From the NCBI RefSeq assembly GCF_009914755.1, contig NC_060947.1: a stretch of DNA of 64,000 nt; one strand, given 5' to 3'. Under the pieces are notes generated by a model. That model ran no database searches. It was not told where the DNA came from and saw only the letters and a list, made by a program, of their open reading frames with translations. Source of the stretch: the human T2T-CHM13v2.0 reference genome, Homo sapiens. The translations under genes and the position numbers were made by a program. Every line of letters starts with the position of its first letter. The stretch's first letter is position 1. Shown here piece by piece: positions 41,551 through 59,180 of the stretch.

Positions 41551-43186
41551 CTTATATAGTGATGTACTTTAGAATAACTGGAAATAGTCTAAATCACTCA
41601 CTGTTATCTTAATAAATAATTTGAGCCTATATACCTGGAAAAAGACCTCAAGGTCAAATGTTCTTTGTTCTCAGTTAAATTCATGCCCATGAGTTTTCAT
41701 AAGAGTCCTTTTGCACACAATTGAAATTGTTGAGGACACATATCTAAATTAAAATCACCCCCACTCCTGTAAGTTGTGAGCTGTAATTTTCCCTACAAAA
41801 CTATTTTGAGAACATTTCTATTGCTTTTGAAAACCCCTCATTTATCTCACTCCTCGTTTCTTCCTAGTCTCACCCATTCAACAGCAACTGCACAAAAGTT
41901 CTGGCGCAATTAGGTCAAGGTTTGACACCAAGGGAATCTATTCCCATCTCCATTCTTAAATATGTGCATTCTAAGCGAAGACAATAGGTAGTAGTTGGTA
42001 CAAAAGAATAACTGTTATGGGATGTATAATGGTAACCATGCTAAAAACCAGAGGAAAAGCAAAGATAAAATTTCCCCAAGTTTTATCACCTACAGCGGTA
42101 TCAAGGCAAGGCAAGATTGAAAGATTGATCCAGTAACAAAATCGAGAGTCCATTGTTTAATTTAGAGTGTATAACTTATTTAAACAGTGAAAGCATGAGT
42201 AATCAAAGGTACTAGATTCACATGTCCCTTGTACAGGGCAATATCAAAATAAAAGGGGTCAGATCACTGCCTCATGGATGGTAAGACACCCTCTTGCTGA
42301 GGAGCTAAATTTGTGCTGTCATTAAGCTTCATGGCCTGTAACTCTATCCTAAAAGGAGTAAGGAAGCAAGCCTCATACCTCATCACAATCCAGGAAGCAA
42401 TGATAAACTGTCTGGTGACAGTCTCTCAGGGGAGATTAGGGAGGCAAGTGAGAAATGTTCCTAGAGCAGCAATTCGTGAGCCTCCATGCTCTTATATTGC
42501 AGGAGGATCATGGGGTTTCTGCCAAGACTTTTGTCAGCTGCATTTTTACAGTGCATATGTGGCCTATGTGGACTCATGCAAGGTTGCTGGGGTACCATGG
42601 TGCGGTCATTTTCCTACAGACTGGTGAATGGAATCTCCAAATCCATAGCCTCTTCACCATTATACTATGTCTTAGACTGCCAAATTGAAGATTAAGGAGG
42701 ATGAAAATATTTTCCTTATTCCTTTTTGTAATTAATTAAATGTTATTATTATCTGCCATTATTTGGTTATGAGTTTTGAATGTTATTTTCACTAATGATT
42801 TTATGCATTTTTTGAATTTTTACTTTCTTAATGTTTCCACATGTTACCAGAGACCAGTGACATGACAAAGTATTTGCCTAAACAGTAGCACAGAATGTCC
42901 TATGAATTTCCCTCAAAACAATTCATACATGGTTTCCTGTGGCTTGCTGTTAGAAAATCCTTTATTTGAGAGATTATATATTTGAAAGTTAACTTCAGAT
43001 TTTACAAAATATATTACGATAGCTTAACCGATGACAATAACTAGATTGTAGGCTTCTTGATAACTGCAGCTGAAGTGAGTACCTTGCAGGGGGATGTAGG
43101 CATTAGACACATGGTCTACATTAAACAAATGCTTGTAAGTTGTCTTTTTTGTTAAAACGTTTTCTCTTTTATCTTTTACTAAATAG

Positions 43187-43337
43187 AAATGAAATTAATG
43201 TCACTCTGAAATTCACCAGTCGCTTTATTCGTCCTGCTGAAGCTTCACTACTATTAATTTCAAAACCCAAGAATGCAGTAAGAGGAATTACAATGACTTT
43301 TGCTCTTAAAGGCAAAGTCCTCGATTTTAAAGCCATT
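43187..43337 (+). CDS. CFAP47: CFAP47 coding exon E: (R)NEINVTLKFTSRFIRPAEASLLLISKPKNAVRGITMTFALKGKVLDFKAI
   Basis: Long pyrimidine tract plus aatag acceptor; ATT|gtaagt donor; 151 nt, phase 2 to 0, matching exon D. Confidence 0.9.
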
Positions 43338-44441
43338 GTAAGTAAATTTTACCTACGATGTCTTTGCTTCTCTTATCAGACCATGAAGTATCAAAAGCAT
43401 GTTATTGTTATACATTTTATCTCTAGGCAGCTGTTTCTTGAGTCATCCCTGTGCCATGGATACTTGTGATTTAAGTTAAAGCAGTTCTGGGCCTGTGTCT
43501 GTGTTTTTGCTGGACTAAGGGTTGATAGTTTATGCAGTAAAAAAGGACTTTCCTGTTCTCTGGCAGGAACTTTCATCAGTTTATCTTGTGTGTCCTGTAG
43601 ATCAAATCTATTATAAAGATAAGACTAATGCTGGCATTTATTGAGAGGTGACGATGTTCCAGACAGAGTTCTAAGTATTTCTTTTTCAAAGGGTGGGGAA
43701 GAGAGATTTTTAAATCTTTATAAAATGGTTGTGACATTATTGTGATTGACTTTTTGTAGCCATTATCTCTTCTAAATATTAATTTCTACAATGGATGTAT
43801 GGTACAGAATAAGTAAATTCATTAGATTGCCAGATTTCCAAATGGATTATAAAGAAATTTAGGTGTGCAGGGCAAGAGTGGTAAGCAGAGAAAATGACTG
43901 TAGGATGGTTGAGTGATGGCCTGTTGTTGAGGAAGGCACTGAGATGCTCATATGGACAGACTGTCTTTTGAGACAATGATGCTCAGAACAGGAAGTGGGC
44001 ATTTGTCACTTCCTATGTGTAATCTTATTTCCTCCTGAATAATGAACATGTACTTTTCCCAACCCTCTCACACAAATTATCTGAAACAAGACATTGTTTT
44101 GTCACATGTGGCTAAGAGATATGGCTGGGCTTAGCCTGTCATTGGTGGTTCTGGGGGTAGACATGCAACTGTTTACTTCCCCATCTTCCCCTATATGGTC
44201 TTAAGTCACTGGAAAGCAGATTAGATAATAAAAACAAAATAAAATAAAACAGTAAAATAATCTTTCTGAAATTATAGAATACCTAGAAAGTTTTTCTCCA
44301 TGGAATTTCTTTTGATAGTGGGAAGTACTGTCAGTGTAATATTAAATGGACGGTTTATAGATTTTTAAGATTATATTTTATAATTCAGAAAGTTCATTTT
44401 TTGTTATTATCATGTGGTAAGACTTTATTTTTTTACTTTAG

Positions 44442-44530
44442 GACATTATAAAATGCGAAAGCCCATGTTATCAATTTCAGGAAGTCACTGTAAATGTGAA
44501 AAACCCCTTCCATACGGCTGGGGACTTCAG
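44442..44530 (+). CDS. CFAP47: CFAP47 coding exon F: DIIKCESPCYQFQEVTVNVKNPFHTAGDF(S)
   Basis: ttttactttag acceptor; consensus CAG|gtaagt donor; 89 nt, phase 0 to 2. V.V.NP motif of ASH-like domains. Confidence 0.9.
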
Positions 44531-44605
44531 GTAAGTTATTGTTTTGGTGTAAATTCATTGCAATTAGCTCTATCTCCACTCTGAAGAGACATATGTGATT
44601 TTCTT

Positions 44606-44906
44606 TCTTTCTTTTTTTTTTTTTTTTTTTGAGACAGTCTCGCTCTGTGGTCAGGCTGGAGTACAGTAGCACCATCTTGGCTCACTGCAGCCTCCACCTT
44701 CCAGGTCAAGCGATTCTCCTGCCTCAGCCTCCCAAGTAGCTGGGACTACAGGGGTGCCCCACCACACCCAGCTAATTTTTGTATTTTTAGTAGAGATGGG
44801 GTTTCACCATGTTGGCCAGGATGATCTCGATCTCTTGACCTCGTGAGCCACCCGCCTTGGTCTCCCAAAGTTCTGGGATTACAGGCATGAACCACCGCGC
44901 CTGGCC
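44606..44906 (-). mobile_element. AluSc-like element
   Basis: Sc-type deletions; TSD gtgattttctt (44595-44605) / gtaattttctt (44907-44917). Confidence 0.92.
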
Positions 44907-47376
44907 GTAATTTTCTTCATCTCTTCAACATGAACCATTTCGAGCAGAAATTATATGTGTTCAAATTCCTATAAACTTCTAAGCACCATCAGAAAAAATT
45001 AAACAGCTAATTAAAGTAAATCAGTTTTCCTGAAATGATCATACTAAATTTATGAGTTTTGTCTGCAAGTTGTTTGTTGAAATTCAGTGTTCTTTCAATT
45101 ATTAAAAAATATGTATAATTAATAGATTTTTTACTTCTAATTTTATTCTGTACATGTCCAAAATTGAAATATCAATTTAAGCAGAAAAAAACATTTTTAC
45201 TTAGAGCATCATAACTAATTTATACTGCACAATCAATGTGCATGTGTTCATCTTAAGATTTAATAATAATAACAAAAATACATATTTGTGATAAAAAGAC
45301 AATAAAATTTTCAAGTATTATTTAATGACACAATAGAAAAGTAACTTCCTGGAAATGTACACCACGTTGAGGAAGACGACGGAAGGTGATACCTTCTGTG
45401 CTGATTAAACTAGGAACTCTGTTTTTTCCAGCTTCAGCTATCAGATTCTTATGATACTTATATTGAAACTGGAAGTTATAATATGCTTATTATTTTACTA
45501 TTTGATAATTTCCAGTTCTTTTAATCACTGTATGTAAAGGATTTTGGTAATTTCTTATCTTTCTCTAATAATTTTGGTCATTTTGTTTTAAAAAATATTG
45601 TTTTGAAACAGTGATTGGTAAATACCTGGTTCCTAGGTGCATGTAAGAGAGAATATGATTTAGTGCAATTTTATTAAAGTGATACATTGGAGTATAAGAA
45701 ACACAAAATTTTAGAATATATGGTGTGTTAACACAGTATTAAAGTATGCCCTTAAGTAGACCAAATGACTGACTGCAGTTCCTCAGAGAAAAACAGGATC
45801 AAACAAATTTAGTCTTACATTCTAGTGTTAAAGCAGAAAGAAAATCTGGATATGCCAGAAATTGGGAGAATATTACAGATACATATTTCTCAAATAACAG
45901 TAATATTTTAACATGTCTTTATGTTGTATCTCAGATTTAATTAAAATGGTTAATGCTTATAAGGGGTTTGTGGTTTGATAGGAAGCAAAATTGTTAATCA
46001 AGTGATTTTAACTATATCCTTCCTTTGAATATGTCCCTCAAACTTAGGCAATGGACAAATAAACTCAAAAATATAAAACCAATTTCAAAATGTGCAAAAC
46101 CAATATTGTGTAAGAGTCATATATTATGTTTGAAATTTTAACATAATAAAATAGATTGAATAAGAAGGAATTTGACCAATTAATTAATATAGAAACTATT
46201 TTTAAGTTATAACCAATATAACAAGAGACCCAGTTTTTAATATTACACTTAATAAATGATTGACTTGGTTATTATTAGCAGTCTCATATTAAACATACTT
46301 TAAAATAAAATAAAAATATCCCCATATATTCCCCAATATTGTATGCATAAGTGACAAGAATTGATCATGTTTTATCAAAATTTCACATTACTTTGAACAA
46401 ATAAGGCAATCCAGTCTATATTTAACAGAGATAGGATTAGCTGACCAGGTTGTTAATTCCCATGCCTTGCTCCCAGACTGGTGATTCTCAAATTCTTCTT
46501 TTGCAGAACACCACTATTTCATGCTCTATAATGCTGTTTTTTAATTTTATATTTGATAAGATTTAGTTTGCTAGTACAGTATTTTATTGAGGATTTTGCC
46601 TGTACAATTATAATATTTAATAGTGTAATTGCCTTTTTCAGTGATTTGTCTGTTTTTGTATGATTAATATTAACCTTATAGAATTATTTCTGAAATGTTA
46701 CCTTCTATTCTATTGTTTGGAATACTTTGTGAAGGATTGGTATTAGTTATTTGAATGTTTGATATAATTCACAGGTGAAGCCATCTGGTTCTGAGCTTTG
46801 CTTTGTGGAAGTTTATATAATTACTAATTCCATCTCTTTGTTATGAGCCTGTTCAGATTTTCTGTTTCTTCTCAAATCGGTTTTGCTAGTTTATTTTATT
46901 CCAGAAATTTCTGCATTTCTTCTAAGTTATCTAATTTGTTGGCACAGAGGCTTTCAGAGTATTCCCTTATAATCCTTTTTTAATTTCTGAAAGGCAAATA
47001 GTGATGTTCCTCCTTCTATCCCTTATTTTAGTAATTTAATTCGTTTATATTCTTGATCAGTCTAGGTAATAATTTGTCATTTCACTGATCTTTTAAAAAA
47101 ATTCCTTCTGCTTTCCTTGATGTTCTCTATTGTTTTACTATCCTCTATTTTATTTCTGTGCTAACTTTTTTGGATATTAATTATTTCCTTCTATTTGCTT
47201 TGTGTTTAGATGTCTCTTTTTTTTCTCACTTCTTAAGGTGAAAATTTAGATTATTATTATGAGATTTTTTTTCATATAGGCATTTTTATCTACATATTTC
47301 TCTCTAAGGACTGCTTGAGCTTCATCTCATATGTTTTGGAATGTGTTATTTTTATCTTCATTAATCTTAAATTATT

Positions 47377-47668
<292 letters not shown>

Positions 47669-48354
47669 TAATCTTAAATTATTTTTAATTTCTTTTTTAT
47701 TTCTTGCTAACCCACCAGTTATTTCGGAGTATGTTGTTTAATTTCCCCATGTTTGTTAATTTTCAACTTTTCTGTCACTAATTTTATTCCATTCAAGTTA
47801 GAGAGCATACTTTGTATTATTTAAATCATTTTAAATTTATGAAGATTTGTTTTATGGCGTATCATAAGGTCCATACTGCAGAATGCTCATGAGAAGAATC
47901 TATATTTTGCTGTTGTTGAGTAAAGTGTTCTATAGGTACCTCTTAATTTTAGTTGGTTTATAATATTGTATAAGACATATTTTCTTGTAGATTTTCTGCC
48001 TAAATTTTTCTATTCATAATTAAAAGGGCAGTATTTAACTATCTAACTATTAATGTTGATCTGTTCATTTCTCCCTTCACTTATGTCAGTTTTACTTTCT
48101 GTCTTTTGGTGCTCTAAAATTCAGTGAATATATATTTATAGTAATTTTATCTTCCTGATTGTTCATATAAAATGTCTCTATCTATAGTTACAATTTTTGT
48201 TTCAAATTCTATCATGTCTTGTATTAGTATAGCTACTTCAACATTCTTGTGGTTGTGTGTATGATATATAATTTTTCATCCTTTTACTTTCAATCTATTT
48301 TTTATCTTTCAATCTAAAGTATGTCTCCTTTATATAGCATATGGTCAGATTTGG

Positions 48355-48930
48355 GGGTTTTGTTTTGTTTTAATAGCTTCATTAAGATAACATTTATATG
48401 AAAGAACTGCAGGTATTTACTGTGTACATTTTGATGAGTTTAGACATGTGCAAACACCCATGATATCATTACCATAATCAAAGGAACAGAAATTTCCAAC
48501 ACCTCCCAAAGTTCTCTTGTGTCCCTTTGGTTTTCTGGTTTGTTTGTTTGTTTGTTTTTTGGTAAAAACACTTAGCATGATATCTACCCTCTTACATTTT
48601 GAAGTGCATGATATTGTTAACTATTGGCACTATATTTTATAGTGGATGTCTATAACTTACTCATCTAAAAGTATAATTGAAACTTTATACCCATTGAACA
48701 ACAACTCTCCATTTCCGTAAACCCACAGCTACTGTCAGTCATGATGGCCTTCTTCGCTTCTATGAGTTTGACTACTGTAAACACTTCATATCAATGGAAT
48801 TATGCTTATTTATAATTCTGTGACTGACTTATTTCACTTAGCATAATGTCCTCCAGGTTCATCCACGTTGTTACAGATGCAAGACTTCCTCTTTTTTTAG
48901 TCAGAATAATTTTCTATTGTATGTGTATAT
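48355..48930 (-). mobile_element. L1MA9-MB1-like 3' fragment nested in the older L1
   Basis: aatagctt.att.agata...gtacattttgatgagttt...cttatttcacttagcataatgtcctccaggttcatcca. Confidence 0.8.
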
Positions 48931-49393
48931 TACTCACTGCTTTAGATTGCATTATTTAATCAATTCACAAATTTGTTATTATTGACACAGTTGATTTTAC
49001 TTTTGCCAATTTCCATTTAGTTTGCTATATTGTATGTCTTTTTGTTTGTTTCTCTATTAGTCCATGACTTCTTTTTTTAATAATAGTGAATATTTTTCAA
49101 TGCAGGATTTTAATTTTTAAAGGCTTTTTCAAAATATTTTTGAATTTGTTTTCTTAATGATTGCACCAGAGTTTACCATAGACATTTTTACTTATCATAA
49201 TCAACTTCAGATATATACTAACTTAATTCCAGTAAGATTCACAACGTGTTACTCTTATATAGCTCTATTCCCTTTCCATTCTTTTCCTGGTGGTATTGTC
49301 ATACATATTACATCAATATTACATACCCAACAATATATTGCTATAATTATTACTTTATATAATTTGTATGACTTTGAGAAAGCTGGGAGAAAG

Positions 49394-49786
49394 TGTATTG
49401 GTTTACTAGGGTTTCCATAACAAAACACCACAGATCAGATGGAATAAACTACAGAAATTTATGTTCTTAGAGTTCTGGCAGTTAGAAGTCCAAGATTAAA
49501 ACACCGTCATTTTTTCTTTATTCTGAAACTTTTCTCCTTGGCCTACAGATAGTTGTCTCCTCATTTTGTCTTTTTTCTGTGAATGTATATCCCTGATATC
49601 TCTTTGTGTTTTCAAATTTCCTTCTTCTTATAAGGACATAATTCAGATTGGATTAGGACCCACCCTGAGGGCCTTAACTTAATTATCTACTTAAAGGCTC
49701 TTTCTCCAAATACAGTCACATTTGGAGATACCGGGGTTAGGGCTTCAACATATGAAGTTGGAGGGGACAAACTTCAGCCCATAACA
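49394..49786 (-). mobile_element. MLT1A0-like MaLR solo LTR
   Basis: tgtattggtttactaggg...ggacaaacttcagcccataaca termini. Confidence 0.85.
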
Positions 49787-51749
49787 AACAGCAAGTATAT
49801 ATCTATAGTTTTTTATATTTTAACCTTCCTACTTATTATTTCCATTTCTCTTCATTTGTTCGCATGGATTGTTGCTACCATATAGAATAATTTCTGTGAC
49901 CTGATCCAGCTTTCATCTCACCCACTTTATTTTTTGAACATTTTTTCTCTTCTTTTTCCTCTCTCCTTTTTTTATTCAGGTAATTTCATTGCCCACATTT
50001 TGTTCTTAATGGTGTGCCTACCATACATACGTCAGATTCTATTTACTTTTCTTCATTTTTTTCTCTGTTCTTCAGAATGTGTAATCTCTACCAATCTTCA
50101 AGTTTGTTAGTTCTTTCTTCCCCCAATTCAAATCTACTATTAAGCCCTTGAGTGAATTTTTATCTCTCTTATTGTAGCTTCCATCTCCAAAATTTCCATT
50201 TGTTTCTTTTTTTTATAATTTCAATTTCTTTGTTGATATTCTCTATTTGATGCCACATTGTCATCATGCTTTCCTTTACTTCTTTAATTATAGTTTCCTT
50301 TATTTCTTTGAAGATATTTATAATGGCTATTTTAAATTTGATTTCTGTTCAATCTGATACCTGGGTTACTCTAACAGGCAGTTTCTACTGTCTGTTACTT
50401 TTCTTCTTTTTGTGTGTGTGTGTTTCATGTTTATGAAATACAGTAGACATTGTAGACAATATATTATGCCAATTCTAGATATGTGTTCTATCTGCCCCAG
50501 GCTTGCTAATGTTCTTTGCACTTCTAATTTTTTTACTGACTGGCTGGGTTATTTTGGTGATGTCTATCTCCCCCTGCTCAAACCTACACACACATAGTGT
50601 TAAGGCTCTGATGTTGCTTGTCAAAGGCCACCGTCTTTGGCATGCCCACAATTACCCTGGGATTACAGTGGTTTTGGCAGGGCTCCCTGTGTGTTTTCCT
50701 GACCACACCCTTCTGTTAAATTCCCTGCGTGGGGTGGGGGTGGATAAGTTACTCTTCAAGCTAATTCAGTCAACTTCAGACCTCTTTGAAAAAACAGTTC
50801 TATAAATCATTGTTTAAGATTTTTTCTGACTCCAGGAGGACTTCTAGCAGTCTCCTTCACCAGTTCTCTCCAGCAAACTAACAGGCCTGTAGTTTAGCTT
50901 GCATCTTTGTTGATCTACCAATCTCCATCCAATTGTATTTCACCATAACTGGCACTATTTCTGAGAAATTCAACTTTCGCTTGAATTTCTCCACACATTA
51001 TTGAAAATGAAATCAGTACTTTGGGAAGCGATTAGGAGCTATTCATTTTAAAGCCCGCTTCTCTCCTCAGGGAAAATATCTGATCCATGACTCTAGAGCT
51101 AGGGGTGGGGACAATGGTGCACTTTTTCTTCAGCAAACCCTCCATTTTAGGAGCTGAGTGCTAGGTGGGCAAGGGGGCAAAATAGCCTCAGGATTTTTTG
51201 ACTTGCTTCTCCCAGTGTGGAACTACCACCTTACGAACTGGGCAAAGGCAGTTGGGGTTTCAGTATTTTCAGCAGTGCCACACTCGTGAGAGCTTCAGTC
51301 CGTGAGTGGGTGCTGGGTAGAAGAAAAGAGCTTCTCACGGTCTCTCAACTGCGCTTGCCCAGAACCTAGCCTTAGCAACATGTACTGAGGTGAAGATGTT
51401 GGTATCCCATGCCTCCCAGAAACATAGGCCTCCAAATGGGAGCCAGGGGAAGGAAGAGCCCTATGTTCTTGGCAAAAACAGTCTGAAACTAAGTTTCTTT
51501 TTTGTTGAGCTTGAAAGGAAGAAGGAGATAGAGTTCTTGGTTCAAATATCACAGACTACTGGTTTTCTTATTATATTTTAGTTTATTTTGTTTAAAGATT
51601 TTTCTTAATTTCCTGTATGCCCTTAGAACAATCTCCAGAGAATTTCAAAGTGTTTTTTTGGGTTTCCTTGTTTGTTTGTTTTGTTTTTACTCATTTGCTT
51701 GGGGTGAGAGTCCAAGGATCTCTCATGGTGTCAGGCTTAATGTTGGTCT

Positions 51750-54045
51750 TAAATATTATTTTATCTGTTATTAAGATAGCCACTCCAGCTCCTTTTTTAT
51801 TACTATTTTCATGGTATTCCTTTTTAAATCTTTTTAATCCCAATTGGTTTGTGTTTTTGAACCCAAAGTTTGTCTCTTTTCTTTTACCCATCTTGTCAAT
51901 CTTTCCTGTTTGATTGAAGTGTTTAGTCTGTTAAATTTAAGTCAATCTGTAATCTAGTAGATTTTATATGTCACTTTTATATTTCCTTTATATATGACTA
52001 ATGTCTTTGTTCATCTATTTCTCTGTTACTGCCTGAGTTTTTTAATAGTTATTTTGTATAACATTTTAATTCCTTTTAGTTCCTTTTACTTCATGATTTT
52101 CTAATTGTTTTCTTAATAGTTACCCTGAGGATTACAATCAGCGTCTAATGTAAAACAATCTAACTCAGATGAATACCAACTGAATTTCAATATAACTCAG
52201 AAACTTTGTATCTGCAATGTATCTCTTTTTCCTAGCCTTTCCCTAGTGTTATTATACCAATTTCATCTTAATGCATTATAAGCCCATAAAGCAGTTTTAT
52301 ATTTATTGTCCTACTCCTGCTTATTTTACGCTTATTTTTTTTTGTCTTTTTCTTTTTCTTCCCTTTTGTGGAGAACAGGGTCTCGCTATATTGCCCAGGC
52401 AGGTCTCGAACTCCTGGGCTCAAGCTATCCTGCCGCCTCTGCCTCCCTGAGAGCTGGGATTACAGGCATGAGCCACCGCACCCAGCCCTCCTGCTTATTT
52501 TAAATGAGAAAGGCAAATATAAAGAGTTGCAAAGAAAATGAAAATTTACAGCTTGTTTTTAAATATATATTTACCAGTGTAGTCACCTTTCTTCATGCCT
52601 TTTATTACCTCTTGTGGTTTTGATTAATTTCTTGTGTCCTTTTATCTCAGCTGAAATATTTCTTGTGCCACAGTTCTGCTAGTAATGAATTGTTTTAGTT
52701 ATTCTTTACTTTAGAATATCTTTTCTCCTTCATTTTTGAAGGACAGTTTTTTTGTTTTCTTCTCTTTTTTTAAAAATTTTTTTGAAGGAGAGTTTTTTCT
52801 GTATACATTGTACTTCATCAACTCGATTTCTTGCAGTGTACTGAATACATAATCCTATTGTCTTCTATCTTCCAGCATTTCAGATGGAAAGTCAGCTGTT
52901 AATCATATTAAGGAGCCACTGTAGACACTGAGTCAATTTTGTATTGCTACTTACAAGATTGTCTATATCTTAGCCTTTCCACTGTTTGATTATTATTATC
53001 TATATGTGGATTGCCTTAAGTTTATCCTACAAAGTGTTCTTTGTGCTTCTTGGATGGGGAAATTAATGTTTTTCATCAAATTTTAGAAGTATTCATTCTT
53101 TATTTTTAAAATGTTTTTTTTTTTTACCTCTTTCTCTCTCTTGTCTTTTGGAAATTCTCATTAGACTTATGTTGGTGTCCCACAGGCATCTGGAGCTCTG
53201 TTAGTTTTTCTTTATTATTTTTCTCCCTGTTCCTCAAAAGAAATAATATCAATTGACGTATTTTTAAATGCACTGCTTCTTTTTTTCTTTTGCCATACCA
53301 AACCTGCTGTTGAGCCCCTCTAGTAATTTTTAGTTTCAGGGATGTTATTTTTCAATTCTAGAATTTCTAATTGGTTCTTTTGTATCATTTCTATCTATTT
53401 AATTGATGTTGTCTATTTGGTGACACATCATTGTATCTCATATGCAGCATTAAAGATCTTTGACATATTTTGGGGATCAGGCAAGTTAGTTTAATCCAAC
53501 ACATGGGCATCTTTTCCCCCATATGTTCCTCTCATGTTTCATCAGGCTTTTGTTTGACCCAACTGCTGCAGCAATCTCACACATAATTGCTGTGGATTGA
53601 TTTCAGCAAACATCCTGGTGTGGTAGGTGTTCTCCCTTAAGTCAGGTCAAATAAAGACAAATGCATTACAAATTAAGGCTTGAAGTTTTCCAGGAAGCAG
53701 CAAGACAGGATAGATAAAAACAGTGCTCAGGAATAAGATTTTTTTGAAGAAGTCCAATCTCAGTCTTTCCCTTCTTCAGGTTGTAAGCTACAGAGTTTTA
53801 CAACTTCCGTGGATGCAAGGCTGCTGCAGAGCTGTCAAAAGGAGGATGGGAGTTACAACACACAAGTTCCAATGCAACAAACTCCACTGATCTTACCAAA
53901 GTTTGGAGTTTTTCTTGGATAAACACTACTCCTGAGATTGTTGCATGCCTCTCTGTATTTACCAGTGTTCTGAAAAAGTAAATTTTCACAACCCTTACCA
54001 GTGGTTTTTGTTGCTTATATAGAGGGATAAATGTATGGTGGTTCT
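51750..54045 (-). mobile_element. Second old L1M fragment (EN start, ORF1 region, 5' end; target of the L1PA3 insertion)
   Basis: ORF 51691-51891 contains KKGAGVAILITDKI (L1 endonuclease); gaaagtcagctgttaatc ORF1-region motif. Confidence 0.65.
52329..52487 (-). pseudogene. BC200 (BCYRN1) RNA retropseudogene
   Basis: Minus strand reads GGCTGGGTGCGGTGGCTCATGCCTGTAATCCCAGCTCTCAGGGAGGC..GGATAGCTTGAGCCCAGGAGTTCGAGACCTGCCTGGGCAATATAGCGAGACCCTGTTCTCCACAAAAGGGAAG..GACAAAAAAAAATAAGCG, which carries BC200-specific features; 15-bp TSD ctcctgcttatttta at 52314-52328 and 52488-52502. Confidence 0.93.
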
Positions 54046-54274
54046 TTTTATTTATTTATTTATTCATTATTATTATACTTTAAGTTTTAGGGTACATGTG
54101 CACAATGTGCAGGTTAGTTACATATGATACATGTGCCATGCTGGTGCGCTGCACCCACTACCTCGTCATCTAGCATTAGGTATATCTCCCAATGCTATCC
54201 CTCCCTCCTCCCCCGACCCCACAACAGTCCCCAGAGTGTGATGTTCCCCTTCCTGTGTCCATGTGTTCTCATTG

Positions 54275-58102
<3,828 letters not shown>

Positions 58103-58165
58103 TATGATGTTAGCTGGTTATTTTGCTCGTTAGTTGATGCAGTTTCTTCCTAGTCTCGATGGTCT

Positions 58166-59180
58166 TTACATTTTGGCATGATTTTGCAGCAGCTGGTACC
58201 GGTTGTTCCTTTCCATGTTGAGTGCTTCCTTCAGGAGCTCTTTTAGGGCAGGCCTGGTGGTGACAAAATCTCTCAGCATTTGCTTGTCTGTAAAGGATTT
58301 TATTTCTCCTTCACTTATGAAGCTTAGTTTGGCTGGATATGAAATTCTGGGTTGAAAATTCTTTTCTTTAAGAATGTTGAATATTGGCCCCCACTCTCTT
58401 CTGGCTTGTAGAGTTTCTGCCGAGAGATCCGCTGTTAGTCTGATGGGCTTCCCTTTGAGGGTAACCCGACCTTTCTCTCTGGCTGCCCTTAACATTTTTT
58501 CCTTCATTTCAACTTTGGTGAATCTGACAATTATGTGTCTTGGAGTTGCTCTTCTCGAGCAGTATCTTTGTGGCATTCTCTGTATTTCCTGAATCTGAAT
58601 GTTGGCCTGCCTTGCTAGATTGGGGAAGTTCTCCTGGATAATATCCTGCAGAGTGTTTTCCAACTTGGTTCCATTCTCCCCGTCACTTTCAGGTACACCA
58701 GTCAGACGTAGATTTGGTCTTTTCACATAGTCCCATATTTCTTGGAGGCTTTGCTCGTTTCTTTTTATTCTTTTTTCTCTAAACTTCCCTTCTCGCTTCA
58801 TTTCATTCATTTCATCTTCCATCACTGATACCCTTTCTTCCAGTTGATCGCATCGGCTCCTGAGGCTTCTGCATTCTTCACGTAGTTCTTGAGCCTTGGT
58901 TTTCAGCTCCATCAGCTCCTTTAAGCACTTCTCTGTATTGGTTATTCTAGTTATACATTCTTCTAAATTTTTTTCAAAGCTTTCAACTTCTTTGCCTTTG
59001 GTTTGAATGTCCTCCCATAGCTCAGAGCAATTTGATCGTCTGAAGCCTTCTTCTCTCAGCTCATCAAGGTCATTCTCCGTCTCTTTGTTCCGTTGCTGTT
59101 GAGGAACTGCGTTCCTTTGGAGGAGGAGAGGCGCTCTGCTTTTTAGAGTTTCCAGTTTTTCTGCTCTGTTTTTTCCCCAT
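58166..59180 (-). pseudogene. L1 ORF1p, frameshifted
   Basis: ATG (MGKKQ) at 59180; the 1015-nt span is not divisible by 3 (apparent 2-nt loss near 59080); the C-terminal 248 aa are open. Confidence 0.88.

Noticed and set aside
43140-43469. 109-aa stand-alone ORF
   Set aside because: It is exon E plus intronic read-through. The same applies to ORFs 21687, 22090 and 29015 around exons A-C.
52329-52487. Functional BCYRN1 gene or ordinary FLAM
   Set aside because: It lacks the C-rich 3' domain and terminator and sits between TSDs, so it is a retrocopy. Diagnostic bases favour BC200 over FLAM.
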